Positions 30,777-40,789 of a stretch of DNA of 64,000 bases are shown one piece after another (within the stretch, counting starts at the first letter, position 1; each line of letters opens with the position of its first letter). The stretch is from Minisyncoccota bacterium (GTDB taxonomy: Bacteria; Patescibacteriota; Minisyncoccia; Phycocordibacterales; UBA918). The notes beneath the pieces were generated by a model. The model was not told the origin of the DNA, did no database searches, and was given only the letters and a program-made list of their open reading frames with translations. The DNA is taken from NCBI GenBank assembly GCA_040879435.1, contig JBBDKG010000010.1, positions 2,019 to 66,018 on the forward strand, in the 5' to 3' direction. Both the position numbers and the translations under genes were made by a program.

Positions 30777-31784
30777 TTAGATGAGATCGTGACTCATAAG
30801 GCAGCGTCTATGGTATTCACCATCGAGCGAGTCACACAAACGCTCCCATTCGTCTTTGAACGCCGGTTGATTCGACACAATCCATACCGCACCTTCGATA
30901 CAGAGCATTTCACCTTCACGATCGGGCATAGTGCCGCATGCAGCAAGCATTTCGTCGACATCATACTCCTGTAGCCCGGCGATCACGTTCCCGGCACCGC
31001 GATAACAGGCCTCCCTGCCCTTTTGGTCCTCGATTTCGCTGCACAAATCGCCAACAGCAGCGTAGTCCTGCCCGTTGAGCGCACTCCACCATGCAGGCTG
31101 TTCAAAGTAGCAGGCTTCGATGTATCGGTCGTCGACCTCCGTACACGGGTGGTGCATACCCCACTCACCAGGTTGACGCATGTCCGCCTGCTGCATGGTC
31201 GCAAAGTTGTATTCCATAAAGACACCGCTCGTACAGCCGCCGATCGGACCCTGCCAATTGAGTCGCATGCACGCCTCAAGCGACTTGTTCAGCTCGTCGT
31301 ACCCGAGTTCAGCAATGACACCATGACCGATCCCGTGCTGACACCCAAGCCCTTTTGGTCCATACGCATCAATGCACGCCTGATCGAGTTCGCTGAGAAT
31401 GGAAAGTCCGTTCTCGATGAGCGCCCGTCCGAAAAAGCTGTGGTAGCAGCCGAACCCATAGCCACTATCGCAAACTGCAACACCCGGTATCCCTTCCGTT
31501 TTGTACAGAGCCTCACCGAAAACGTGCGCATAACTATGCTGCTGTACCTCGCTTAGATGCGAATACACTTCACCAAACCACATATACGCCTTCCGTCCGC
31601 CTTTTTCCGCAACAGCAGCCGCCCAGAACGCTGCAACTTCGGGATCCTCCGCCGGAAGCTCTTTTATTGCCGCTGCTCTGGCCTCGGTCGCTTCGGCAGT
31701 GGCTCCTCGTTCAAGCACCGTCGCACCGATGACGCCTATGGCGACACACGCGAGTATGATACTAATGCGTTGGTACTGTTTCAT
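30777..31784 (-). CDS. Cys/His-rich exported protein, paralog 2
   Basis: HSYAHVFG, GCYHS, CQHGIGHG, CTSGVFME. Confidence 0.8.
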   Translation of the reverse strand: MKQYQRISIILACVAIGVIGATVLERGATAEATEARAAAIKELPAEDPEVAAFWAAAVAEKGGRKAYMWFGEVYSHLSEVQQHSYAHVFGEALYKTEGIPGVAVCDSGYGFGCYHSFFGRALIENGLSILSELDQACIDAYGPKGLGCQHGIGHGVIAELGYDELNKSLEACMRLNWQGPIGGCTSGVFMEYNFATMQQADMRQPGEWGMHHPCTEVDDRYIEACYFEQPAWWSALNGQDYAAVGDLCSEIEDQKGREACYRGAGNVIAGLQEYDVDEMLAACGTMPDREGEMLCIEGAVWIVSNQPAFKDEWERLCDSLDGEYHRRCLMSHDLI

Positions 31785-33004
31785 ACGCCGAGAACGTCAG
31801 TGCACTCTGGCTGCCATGAATCCGGAAGCGCAGCACAGAACGACGAACGGTACGCCGGATCGGGGTTATAGTTCATGACATTTCTAATTCCGGTACGATA
31901 GCAGTCGTCGACAAGTGCAGCATCATTGACGAGTGCACAGTAGTTAACAACAGCCTCATACGGTTTTTCTCCACCCCAATACAGTGAGTCCACGGTCGAC
32001 GAGACGCAGTGCGCACGACCGTCCTCCGGTTCGGCCAGAAGACACCACTCATACATGGTCTCCAGATGGTCATCGCGCGGAACTTCCGCCACAAAGTCGC
32101 GACCGGTCGCTATGCCGATGAATTCTTTTCCGAGTCCTCCAAAGCACGCCCATCGGTTCCCGGTCTCTTCCATAGGTATCTCGTCACAAAGCTCAAACGT
32201 CTTCTCGAACACATCAGGTGACGGACGTGCCATATCCGCCCCGAACGCTTCGAACGCGAACGGTGTCATGTATATGTAGCAGATCTGACGGAAGTTCTCA
32301 GGCACGATGTCGTCGGTGCAAAGCCCGAACGGATCGTCGGTCTTTAGATACTCATCGCGGCGGAGACGCCAGTTCTCCGGGTCATGCCCACCCCCGCCGA
32401 TGATCTCCATGATCGCGCCGCCGAAACACTCTACCGCCTCCTGCTGCTGAAACTCGTCGGTACCGAACTTTCCGCACATTGCGATCGTACGGTCCATTTC
32501 ATACGCGTTGTATGCAAGCACTCCGTGTCCAAGTCCATGGAAACACATTGTATATGCACCGTCCCCGCCCGGGGCGTTGTGGCAGGCTTCACGAATTTTG
32601 GACAGTGCTCCCTCGCCGAACTCGAGGAGTGCACCGATCACCATCGTATGCGAACACGCGTTGCGGAAGTCATGTGTGCAGTGCGCCATGCCATCAATTC
32701 CCTCTTGTTCATACATGATCTCTCCCACTTCATGCCCAAGGAGATGCTGGTCGAGTCCGAACGGGAACGGCGCTACCTTCATGAGGCTGAATGCATACAC
32801 TCCACCCTTCTCGGCTGCGATACCTTTGAAGAGCTCAATGAATTCATTGAATGGCGCTTGCTGGTCGGTGAGTGATGCGACCTGTTCTATGTCGCTTTCG
32901 GATACCGTGCCGGGTATGGACGCCATTCCTGATATCGAATCAAAAATGAGTACCGTTGCAAGAACGACCACAAGTACCAATAGACCGCCGACCGCATACT
33001 TCAT
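31781..33004 (-). CDS. Cys/His-rich exported protein, paralog 1
   Basis: HLLGHEVG, ACSH, CFHGLGHG, CFGGAIME. Confidence 0.8.
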   Translation of the reverse strand: MKYAVGGLLVLVVVLATVLIFDSISGMASIPGTVSESDIEQVASLTDQQAPFNEFIELFKGIAAEKGGVYAFSLMKVAPFPFGLDQHLLGHEVGEIMYEQEGIDGMAHCTHDFRNACSHTMVIGALLEFGEGALSKIREACHNAPGGDGAYTMCFHGLGHGVLAYNAYEMDRTIAMCGKFGTDEFQQQEAVECFGGAIMEIIGGGGHDPENWRLRRDEYLKTDDPFGLCTDDIVPENFRQICYIYMTPFAFEAFGADMARPSPDVFEKTFELCDEIPMEETGNRWACFGGLGKEFIGIATGRDFVAEVPRDDHLETMYEWCLLAEPEDGRAHCVSSTVDSLYWGGEKPYEAVVNYCALVNDAALVDDCYRTGIRNVMNYNPDPAYRSSFCAALPDSWQPECTDVLGV

Positions 33005-33142
33005 ACTGACACAGTCTACCAAGCATCAGGAGTCCTGTCGCACGCACATATAAACCCGGATGTCTTGAGATATCACCTCCCTCATGCTACTGTTGCCGCG
33101 GACATTCTGTCCTTTCAACACTGTCTGAGAAGGAAAAGGACG

Positions 33143-34429
33143 ATGAGAACAACTCTCCTCGCCTGTGCGGCAAGCACCGCACTACTGTGGGTGGCGCCGG
33201 CATACGCTGCTTTCGAACATTGTGACACCGTCGAGGAACTCACACTCGATTCATGGCGCTGCGGCGACAAGATGGTGCCACTGTGCCTTGCGCTGATGCC
33301 GTCGGAGAATCCGGATGACCCGGACAACCCAGGCCCAAGCCTCTTCGAACAACACTGTGTGGACGTACATCTGCGCATCCACAAGAGCGCCGAGACGCTC
33401 CGTACGGACTTCTACCGCGAACCGGAAGTGCCGATCGATGGTTCGACGACGTTCGAGGCGGCGCTCGCACTTCCTTCTGACGTCAAGTGGTCGATTGTCG
33501 GCGCGTTCGCCGGCAACAACCAGATGTTGGTCGGCACGGTCGAACCAAAGGACTTTCTCGGCAACATCTTCGGAACGGGGCGCTGCCCCGATACGGACGA
33601 ACGAGTCGTCGGCGGCGCCATCCATGACTGGCGGAATATCACTGACCCGGAGAAGGTCACGTACACACAGACCTCGAAGTCGGGAAACACGATCCAGACG
33701 ATCAGCCAGCTTCGCGAATGGAAACGCACAGGCGTACTCCCCGCGGATACGGCTATCGTCTGCGGTGCCCGATTCTCGGTTCCGGGAAACGAATACCGTC
33801 CGTCCGGCGAAGGCATCGGTGAGCATTACGTGCTCATCGAGGAAGAAAACAAGCGACTTACGGCCGGACGTGTCGATATGCTACGCCAGGGGAAATACCA
33901 GGGCGCAAGCATTGTCGCCGAATACTACTTCAATATCCGGCGGCAGATCCCCAACCTGCGTGTCTACGATGTCGGCATCGGTCCGGATTCGTTCGTCTCT
34001 GCGGGCTTGTTCGTGAAGAACGAAAAGCTCGACGAGAAGCACGAGGCATTTTGCCGGTTCAATCAGGCGATTCAGAAAGCGCTCGACCAGCTCTTTGCTG
34101 GTTCGGTGACCAAGGTCGGTGACAGCTACGTGCTGGACGATGCTGCCGCGGCCGGAGCGTTCCATGATTTCATGCGCGTCCTTCCGTTCGAGAGCACTGA
34201 CATCGCTCTCACCAACTCACTCAAGGGAGCGCTGGAGATCCGGAGCCAGTCCACGGACATCGATCACTACCAGACCTTCCGTGCACGCCTCGATTTCTTG
34301 GGGTTCGCTCGAGAGAATCTCTGGTGGGGTACGAAACCGACCGAGGTGCAGCTTCAGACCTTTAGGGACTGGTTCGATGTCCCCGATGTCGGGTACATCG
34401 ACCCGTGCACCTACGAACCGAAGGCGTGA
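33143..34429 (+). CDS. Secreted protein, possibly a divergent NMT1/SsuA-like ABC substrate-binding protein
   Basis: Signal peptide AYA; GLFVKNEKL...FCRFNQAIQKAL resembles the NMT1 C-terminal helix; next to a permease. Confidence 0.5.
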   Translation: MRTTLLACAASTALLWVAPAYAAFEHCDTVEELTLDSWRCGDKMVPLCLALMPSENPDDPDNPGPSLFEQHCVDVHLRIHKSAETLRTDFYREPEVPIDGSTTFEAALALPSDVKWSIVGAFAGNNQMLVGTVEPKDFLGNIFGTGRCPDTDERVVGGAIHDWRNITDPEKVTYTQTSKSGNTIQTISQLREWKRTGVLPADTAIVCGARFSVPGNEYRPSGEGIGEHYVLIEEENKRLTAGRVDMLRQGKYQGASIVAEYYFNIRRQIPNLRVYDVGIGPDSFVSAGLFVKNEKLDEKHEAFCRFNQAIQKALDQLFAGSVTKVGDSYVLDDAAAAGAFHDFMRVLPFESTDIALTNSLKGALEIRSQSTDIDHYQTFRARLDFLGFARENLWWGTKPTEVQLQTFRDWFDVPDVGYIDPCTYEPKA

Positions 34430-34530
34430 TGCGCCGAGCGGGCAAGCGAAAACTTGCCCGCTTTTTTCTTGCACCGATTCGTGTATAGTTGAGTCAGATA
34501 CGGTCATTCTGGACAGAAAGGAGAAGGCCC

Positions 34531-35391
34531 ATGTGGGAACGGAATGCCTCAAAGTTCATGACAGGTGGAGACTCACGCTGGCGTACTGTTGCGGTCGTGT
34601 CCATCCTCATGGTGGGCATCCCGTTACTACTCGTTGAATACTGGGCACACACCGTGTCTGGATTTGCAGCACGCTACTCGCACCCAAGCGCAGTATTCTG
34701 GATACTGGTGAATGATTTCCACCTTATCTGGCCCCGCTTTACAGCCACTGCGTGGCGCGGGATGGTGGGCATTTTGGCCGCAGGCCTTATTGCTTATCCG
34801 CTCGGCGTACTGTTCATATGCATCGGTCCGCTGACGAGATTCTTTTTTCTTGTCACACTCGCGCTCCTTGTAATGCCAAAGCTCAATGTAGCGCTGGTGG
34901 CCCAGTGGACGTACGGATACGGCGAAACGTCGATGTATATCATATCTTTCTGGATCGGCTGCGTCTTTATGTTCGCCAGTGGATTTCTTGGCGCACTCCT
35001 TCTCCATACGTTTCAGCGTGTAGAGAAGGATGCTGATTCGATCTTCCAGGCATCTGCGCTTGATGGCACACGATTCTGGGCACATTACCGTATGGCCATG
35101 CAGATGCTGCGGGCACATCACGTCAGTTCCCTCCAGATTCTGGCTATGGCGATCTGGACCTCTCTCACTTTCTCCGAGGCGATCTCAAGCGTGATCGGAC
35201 TTGGCGAACGTATGCATGACAAGGTCCGCCTTGAAAGCACTATCGGCTACGCTTGGGCGATGTCATTCCTGATCATTCTTCTCGAAGTAGCATCGTTTAT
35301 CGCGATCGCATACATCGGATACCTAGCAAACGTGCGGGTACCGATTATACCGGCTCGCACGAACGACCGAACTCCACCTTCCGCAGAGTAA
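34531..35391 (+). CDS. Divergent ABC transporter permease (SsuC/TauC-like)
   Basis: MPKLNVALVAQWTYGYGETS, ASALDG.RF EAA-like loop, W..LTFSE...GLG. Confidence 0.65.
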   Translation: MWERNASKFMTGGDSRWRTVAVVSILMVGIPLLLVEYWAHTVSGFAARYSHPSAVFWILVNDFHLIWPRFTATAWRGMVGILAAGLIAYPLGVLFICIGPLTRFFFLVTLALLVMPKLNVALVAQWTYGYGETSMYIISFWIGCVFMFASGFLGALLLHTFQRVEKDADSIFQASALDGTRFWAHYRMAMQMLRAHHVSSLQILAMAIWTSLTFSEAISSVIGLGERMHDKVRLESTIGYAWAMSFLIILLEVASFIAIAYIGYLANVRVPIIPARTNDRTPPSAE

Positions 35392-35406
35392 CCTGCGGGA
35401 GGTGTT

Positions 35407-36666
35407 TTATTTACCACCACGCTCCTCGATAAATCGGATACGCTTACGTCCTTCACGACTGAGAGTCCTGACCGATCGACACTGCATCGCCGGTACGAGA
35501 CCGCGCGAAACAGCGTCGGCGTACGTCCGGTCTGGTGAGATGCGCACCGCTTGCATGAATGCATCAATAAATGACCGCTCATCAAACGGACCGCGTGGTA
35601 ACACCCACAGTTCTGCTTGCATTGGTACAGTATCGGTCACCGGTGTGTAGTGAAGTTCAAAATCAGGCATAACAAGATCATGAAACGTACCGATCGCACG
35701 TTCGAACTCAGACGCCTGTAACTGTCCGCCTGGTATTCTGATCCGGTCAAGCTCCCGGCGTCCACGCGTTGCATACCGCCGCTGCCACGGGTCCTCGTGA
35801 TAGGTCGTGTACATAGCAAGGTCACCCATTCTATATCGGAGGAGAGGCGATGGATTATTCTCAGTCCACATCATGGTGACGACGACCTCTCCCTCCTTCC
35901 CGGTCTCTTCGATGACCGTACCTGTGTCGGGATCGATCAGTTCCATGTACAGATGTTCAGATGTTGAGAATATCGTACCTAGCTCCATATCAAATTCATC
36001 GACCGAGTATCCAAGCCGTGTTTCGTGGATCTCGGTCGCCCCGTACAGCGTATACACGAGCGCACCTGGAAATGCTGTTTTCAACTTTACATACTGTGCC
36101 GGTGTCACCCGTTCACCGAACGTGTACACGACCGCGACACCCTCACGGAGTCCGTACCGGTCGAGCTGCTGAATGAACATATCGTACGCAAACAACCAAC
36201 AGCCGACCACATTGATCGGCAAGCCTTCAGCCAATCGCACCGCCGCTCCCACCGCATGCAAGTCTCCTCCAATAAAGGGAATGTTCGGATATTTGAGACG
36301 AAAACCGTTCTCGACCGCATAACTAATGTCTCCAAGACTGAGTACACCTGTGGGCTGTATGCGTTCGAATAACTCATCATATCGCCAGGTGAAGTTCCGC
36401 AATGTCATTAACACCTCACCGCCCGAGGTACCTGACGATGTGCGGATCATGTCGGCGTTCGAAAGGTCGGTGAAGGTTCGTTCGAGTAACGGTACCTGCT
36501 GAAGATCAGCCTTGGTGACGAACGGAAGCGAACGCCAGGCATCCAAAGTATCGACATGGAAGTCAGGTCGCACGCGGTCACCATAGAGGTCACGATAAAA
36601 ACTCGCACGGTCGTTGTGGTATGCGTATTGAAACATCGCATCAAGTTTTGAAAGGTAGTTCAGCAT
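35407..36666 (-). CDS. Phenylacetate-CoA ligase (PaaK)-like adenylate-forming enzyme, full length
   Basis: LPFVTKADL, TSSGTSG, YGATE, LLRYRMGD, GR. Confidence 0.85.
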   Translation of the reverse strand: MLNYLSKLDAMFQYAYHNDRASFYRDLYGDRVRPDFHVDTLDAWRSLPFVTKADLQQVPLLERTFTDLSNADMIRTSSGTSGGEVLMTLRNFTWRYDELFERIQPTGVLSLGDISYAVENGFRLKYPNIPFIGGDLHAVGAAVRLAEGLPINVVGCWLFAYDMFIQQLDRYGLREGVAVVYTFGERVTPAQYVKLKTAFPGALVYTLYGATEIHETRLGYSVDEFDMELGTIFSTSEHLYMELIDPDTGTVIEETGKEGEVVVTMMWTENNPSPLLRYRMGDLAMYTTYHEDPWQRRYATRGRRELDRIRIPGGQLQASEFERAIGTFHDLVMPDFELHYTPVTDTVPMQAELWVLPRGPFDERSFIDAFMQAVRISPDRTYADAVSRGLVPAMQCRSVRTLSREGRKRIRFIEERGGK

Positions 36667-37478
36667 GGCGTTATGGTATATGCCTTCTGTTGGCTGATCG
36701 TTTCAGTCGGTGCGCATGAGAACGGGAGCCGATACCTACACAATGGCAATACTGACTCATCAACACCGGTGATAAACGTACCATCCTCATTGAACTCCCA
36801 AAGATAGCGACGATCGAGGTGGAACGTGTCCGTCGACCCGAGAAGTGGAAAGGACTGGTATGCAATGACATGCCCCGGAAACAGATGTATCTCAAGTGTG
36901 GTGTTCGCATTAGGTACCGTGCACGACGCGAGATCGATCGGCAACTCATCAACACCAGCAAACGCAACGACAGTCTTGATAATGTCAGTGACGCCACGGC
37001 GCTGAAGTTCATTTTGTAGCGCCGCAACATCAGCTATATGCGCGACCAGAAATGTTGGCTGCGCTTGTCGGACGATCTCAGCTGCAAGCGGCGTGTTGGT
37101 AAATGATTCGCGCGTCACAAAGAGACCATGTCGTCGTGCCTGCAGGTGGAACGGGTACACGAATTGCCACAGACCGGGTGCAAACAACATCACACCACCG
37201 TGTGGTTTATAAAAGCGGTATTGCTCATCAAGCGATCGCCACTGCGGGAATTGGTACTGCGGGATCGGATCAGACAAATCATCATCGTTCCGGATGAATC
37301 GTGACGGAATACGGTTGATGATCGTCCGTTTCAATCGTTGCGCTTCCGCTACGATACGCTGGCTACACGTATCAGGCGTGTCGAGTTCCAATGCGGTCAG
37401 ATCATGGGTGCCATATCGATCATCGAGTACACGTTCGAGGTCTGGCAACGTTGCAGGATACAGTGATTCAGCATGCAT
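36660..37478 (-). CDS. Truncated, divergent PaaK-like protein
   Basis: FH...YLWE...ITG...LPLCRYR; no SGTxG loop and no C-terminal subdomain. Confidence 0.55.
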   Translation of the reverse strand: MHAESLYPATLPDLERVLDDRYGTHDLTALELDTPDTCSQRIVAEAQRLKRTIINRIPSRFIRNDDDLSDPIPQYQFPQWRSLDEQYRFYKPHGGVMLFAPGLWQFVYPFHLQARRHGLFVTRESFTNTPLAAEIVRQAQPTFLVAHIADVAALQNELQRRGVTDIIKTVVAFAGVDELPIDLASCTVPNANTTLEIHLFPGHVIAYQSFPLLGSTDTFHLDRRYLWEFNEDGTFITGVDESVLPLCRYRLPFSCAPTETISQQKAYTITPC

Positions 37479-37483
37479 ACACT

Positions 37484-39088
37484 CTACTCTACCGTATAAA
37501 CATCAGCGGACAATGATTTCTGTTCGAGAATAAAAGACGCGAGCGTTTCGATAGGGACTGTGGCCTGGAGTGCCCCCCGATACAACACGAGACCGCTCGC
37601 CGGATCAAGCTCCCCCGCTCGTTCCCGAAGGAAACGGACCGGCTCAGTGTATAGGGTGGCATTGGCAGCAAGAAAGAGTGAGGTGTAGTAGCTACGGGTG
37701 AAGAGCAGTGATTCGATGGGTATCTCCATAACCTCAAAGACATATCGACTGGTCGCCGCCATATCATCGATCCTGCTTATTTCCGTCTCAAACCATGCGC
37801 TTTGCGCCCGCCAGAGCGTCACCATATCGATCAGGCGGTAAACGGTCGCCTCATCCAGGACCCCTGCCGGGTCGTCGGTGGTATTGAGAAATGCAGTGAC
37901 GTGCCCTATATACGCATCGTAGTCTGCCGCATTGAGCACACTGTCTTCCAGACGGATCTTTTGTTCATACGTGCGAGCTTGCGCAAGCGGCTCGGGAAGC
38001 TCCACAACATCATACGATGTGAGGAGTGGTTCAGAGTGAAGTGTCTCAAACATCCACTGCACTGTTCGTACTGTACCGGAATCAAGTCCGTAGTCGATGC
38101 AAAGGTATGGATTCATCTGCTGGTAGACGTACGTGGCCCCGGTCCTGGCAAGTGCAGTTTCGAACGGAGAGGTCTGTTGCGCCGTATCATGAAAAAGAAT
38201 CTCACTGACGGGAGTGAGCCAGAAGACCGGACGACCGCTATATCGTGACGACCGCCAAAAATAGAGATAGGTTGCTGACTGATCGACCGTGCATTCGGCT
38301 TCCGGTATATACACAAGTGGCAACGTATGTGGGTCACGGTCGAGATATGCAACTGGAGCGAACGGACCGGCGTCCACCATCACGGCGCGCAACGCCTCAG
38401 TTCGTTGAGATAGATCTTCCGCCGGTCGCGTCGCACGCACACTATTCTGATTTGTATACAGTGGAATAGCCGCGTCACACGCGCCACGTTCTGCGGCTGG
38501 GAGCAGGCACCGAAGACGCTGCATACTCTGTGCCAGCAGATCATCTGCACGAACATAGATATCTGCTAATGTCCCGGCGATGTACTCAAGCGATGTCGCC
38601 CCGGCCGGTGTGCTCAATTCAATGTCGGGAGCCTCGGTATACATAGCGTCTGAGAGTATCCGAGCGTCACTGCGCAGGAATGCAAGACTGCGCGCAAGCA
38701 GTACATGGTACCGAATTGCTCTCCAGTAACTCGGCTTCGCAATGAACACTCGCCTGGCGTCCTCGAGCTCAGGCAACGAAGTGAGAAACGCCATTGGATA
38801 CAACGCAGCATCAATGATCTCCTGTTCATGTTCGGCATACCGTCCCGTATATACATCGCGACTTTCTGCGAGCGCCTCGAGTGACCGTTCAAGTTCAGTC
38901 ACATTCGTTTCGGGGAGTGCAAGGATCGGGTCATACAGAGTTGTACGCCACACTGCATGTAGCCGCACAGGCACACTCCCGTCACTGTTGTCGAGATGCG
39001 GTTCGTACACGCGTGTAGCTAGAACAAACAATGTGACCGCAATACCGACCATCAATACAGCGAAGAGCGTGTAGCGGATGTTTCTCAT
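37484..39088 (-). CDS. Membrane-anchored hypothetical protein (paralog X1)
   Basis: N-terminal TM; shares P..ALP, L[YF]P, E.ARR.F, TYV..Y.C, F.RS with 39090..40724. Confidence 0.8.
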   Translation of the reverse strand: MRNIRYTLFAVLMVGIAVTLFVLATRVYEPHLDNSDGSVPVRLHAVWRTTLYDPILALPETNVTELERSLEALAESRDVYTGRYAEHEQEIIDAALYPMAFLTSLPELEDARRVFIAKPSYWRAIRYHVLLARSLAFLRSDARILSDAMYTEAPDIELSTPAGATSLEYIAGTLADIYVRADDLLAQSMQRLRCLLPAAERGACDAAIPLYTNQNSVRATRPAEDLSQRTEALRAVMVDAGPFAPVAYLDRDPHTLPLVYIPEAECTVDQSATYLYFWRSSRYSGRPVFWLTPVSEILFHDTAQQTSPFETALARTGATYVYQQMNPYLCIDYGLDSGTVRTVQWMFETLHSEPLLTSYDVVELPEPLAQARTYEQKIRLEDSVLNAADYDAYIGHVTAFLNTTDDPAGVLDEATVYRLIDMVTLWRAQSAWFETEISRIDDMAATSRYVFEVMEIPIESLLFTRSYYTSLFLAANATLYTEPVRFLRERAGELDPASGLVLYRGALQATVPIETLASFILEQKSLSADVYTVE

Positions 39089-39089
39089 A

Positions 39090-40724
39090 TCACTGACGTT
39101 CATGGTATGAAATAAATTCTTTGACGAGTTCCGTAAATGAAGTCTCCTCAATGACCGACGAGAGGTATACGTACGGGGTCTCTGCCCGCGGCAGCGAGAA
39201 CGGTTCGTGAACGTCACCGGGAGATACAGAAGCAAAGAGGAGCAGCCCGAACGGTACAAAGGCACTTCGGGAAAAATAGATGCGGTCGATCTCAACTGCG
39301 GGTATCACACCCGCATCAAGTGACGTGGCATTCGCTGCTTCAGAGACTGCGATACTAAATATCAACAGTCCTCCACCCTCGGTAAGCCGGTCAAATCGTA
39401 GTGCAAAATCTGCAAGCGCGGCATGGTGTTCTTGTGGAATCTCTCCTGTCCCCACATATCGCAGTGCGGTCTCTATATATGCACGTGCACGATCCTCCGC
39501 TACCGCTTCGGCTGTGATTGATTCAAGGGAACGAAGCGATTCGTAGTCAGTTGTCTCTTCAAGATATCCACTCAACTGATGCTCGAGAGCATACTGACGC
39601 ACATCCCGCGTGGTAAGGGCTGCACCAATATCACGCGAAGCGGCGGCGCATGCATAGTGCGAGAACGGCGATGCCGGCACGTACGTGTACCCACGGCCAT
39701 AGAAATAGCGATAGAACGGCACCTCCAGAAAGTCTTCAACACGGATCATCCTCACATCCGACCCCTCCTGTATGAGTGGGTGTGACCGGCTAGGAGATTC
39801 AACAACAACACGCGGGTCGACCTCAGGATTCAGGCACCAACTCCGTTCGAGCGTCACGTGTATGCGTTCATGATCACGACCTGTTTCGGTATCGATCATT
39901 TGATACAACCGTCCAACGTCCTGATACGTTGTATTAGCATTGGATACGGTCTCCGTATCTGACCATACGACCGGATATCGCAGCGCTGTCGCATCACACG
40001 GGGCAAACACGTCTGTCACGCAGCGGGTAAACGAGACGACATGTTGGCCAGCCGACCTGCTGGCGCCACGCAGCAGTTGCAACGTATCAAGTGTATTTTC
40101 CTTTGTGATGCTGTGCCGTTCGGTGACAACACGGATCGTGTCGTATCGGACAAACCAGCGGTACGCAGCTTCATACAAGATCGACTCACGTTGGTACGTG
40201 GCATCAAGACGCGATGCTGCATGAAGATAATCGGTCAGATGGTCCATTGTACTCTCTTCAAGAAACAGGCGACGTGCCTTTTCCGCTGCTCCTGCAGCGC
40301 GTAGCGTATCGCTCGGAAACAATGTATGTCGGACAAGAACCTTGCCGACTATTCCCGGTTCATATTCCGATAGTCGCTCCTGCACATCCTGTAACTGATT
40401 GGCTCCTTGCTCCAGATACTCTATATCGATTCCAGGAAGTGCAATCGATGGATTCACCCGAAGAACACGTTTTGCATACGCAAGCCGTAAGATCGTCATC
40501 TGGTCAGAGCGGCTAAGCGTTGTATCCGTGACAACGACCCCGCCGCGTACCTCGTACAATCGGTTCTGATATGCCACTGTTTCATACACACCCGCATCGT
40601 GGAGCATGTATGAAAATTGCTCAATAGAGCGCTGCTGCACAGCGATACCAAGGCCCCCCACAATAACGGCAAGTACAAGGCCGGTCGCAAACGTGCGTTT
40701 CGAATTTCCAAGAAAAGGCGCCAT
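39090..40724 (-). CDS. Membrane-anchored hypothetical protein (paralog X2)
   Basis: N-terminal TM; PSIALP, LFP, EKARRLF, YTYVP..YAC, YFSRS. Confidence 0.8.
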   Translation of the reverse strand: MAPFLGNSKRTFATGLVLAVIVGGLGIAVQQRSIEQFSYMLHDAGVYETVAYQNRLYEVRGGVVVTDTTLSRSDQMTILRLAYAKRVLRVNPSIALPGIDIEYLEQGANQLQDVQERLSEYEPGIVGKVLVRHTLFPSDTLRAAGAAEKARRLFLEESTMDHLTDYLHAASRLDATYQRESILYEAAYRWFVRYDTIRVVTERHSITKENTLDTLQLLRGASRSAGQHVVSFTRCVTDVFAPCDATALRYPVVWSDTETVSNANTTYQDVGRLYQMIDTETGRDHERIHVTLERSWCLNPEVDPRVVVESPSRSHPLIQEGSDVRMIRVEDFLEVPFYRYFYGRGYTYVPASPFSHYACAAASRDIGAALTTRDVRQYALEHQLSGYLEETTDYESLRSLESITAEAVAEDRARAYIETALRYVGTGEIPQEHHAALADFALRFDRLTEGGGLLIFSIAVSEAANATSLDAGVIPAVEIDRIYFSRSAFVPFGLLLFASVSPGDVHEPFSLPRAETPYVYLSSVIEETSFTELVKEFISYHERQ

Positions 40725-40789
40725 ATCTGTTGATCGTAAGGCCGGTATACTGGCGGCAAAAGCGACTCTGCTATACTACCCAAACCAGT

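Noticed and set aside
27232-33004. Multiheme c-type cytochromes
   Set aside because: No CxxCH motifs; the patterns are CxH and CH without the paired Cys
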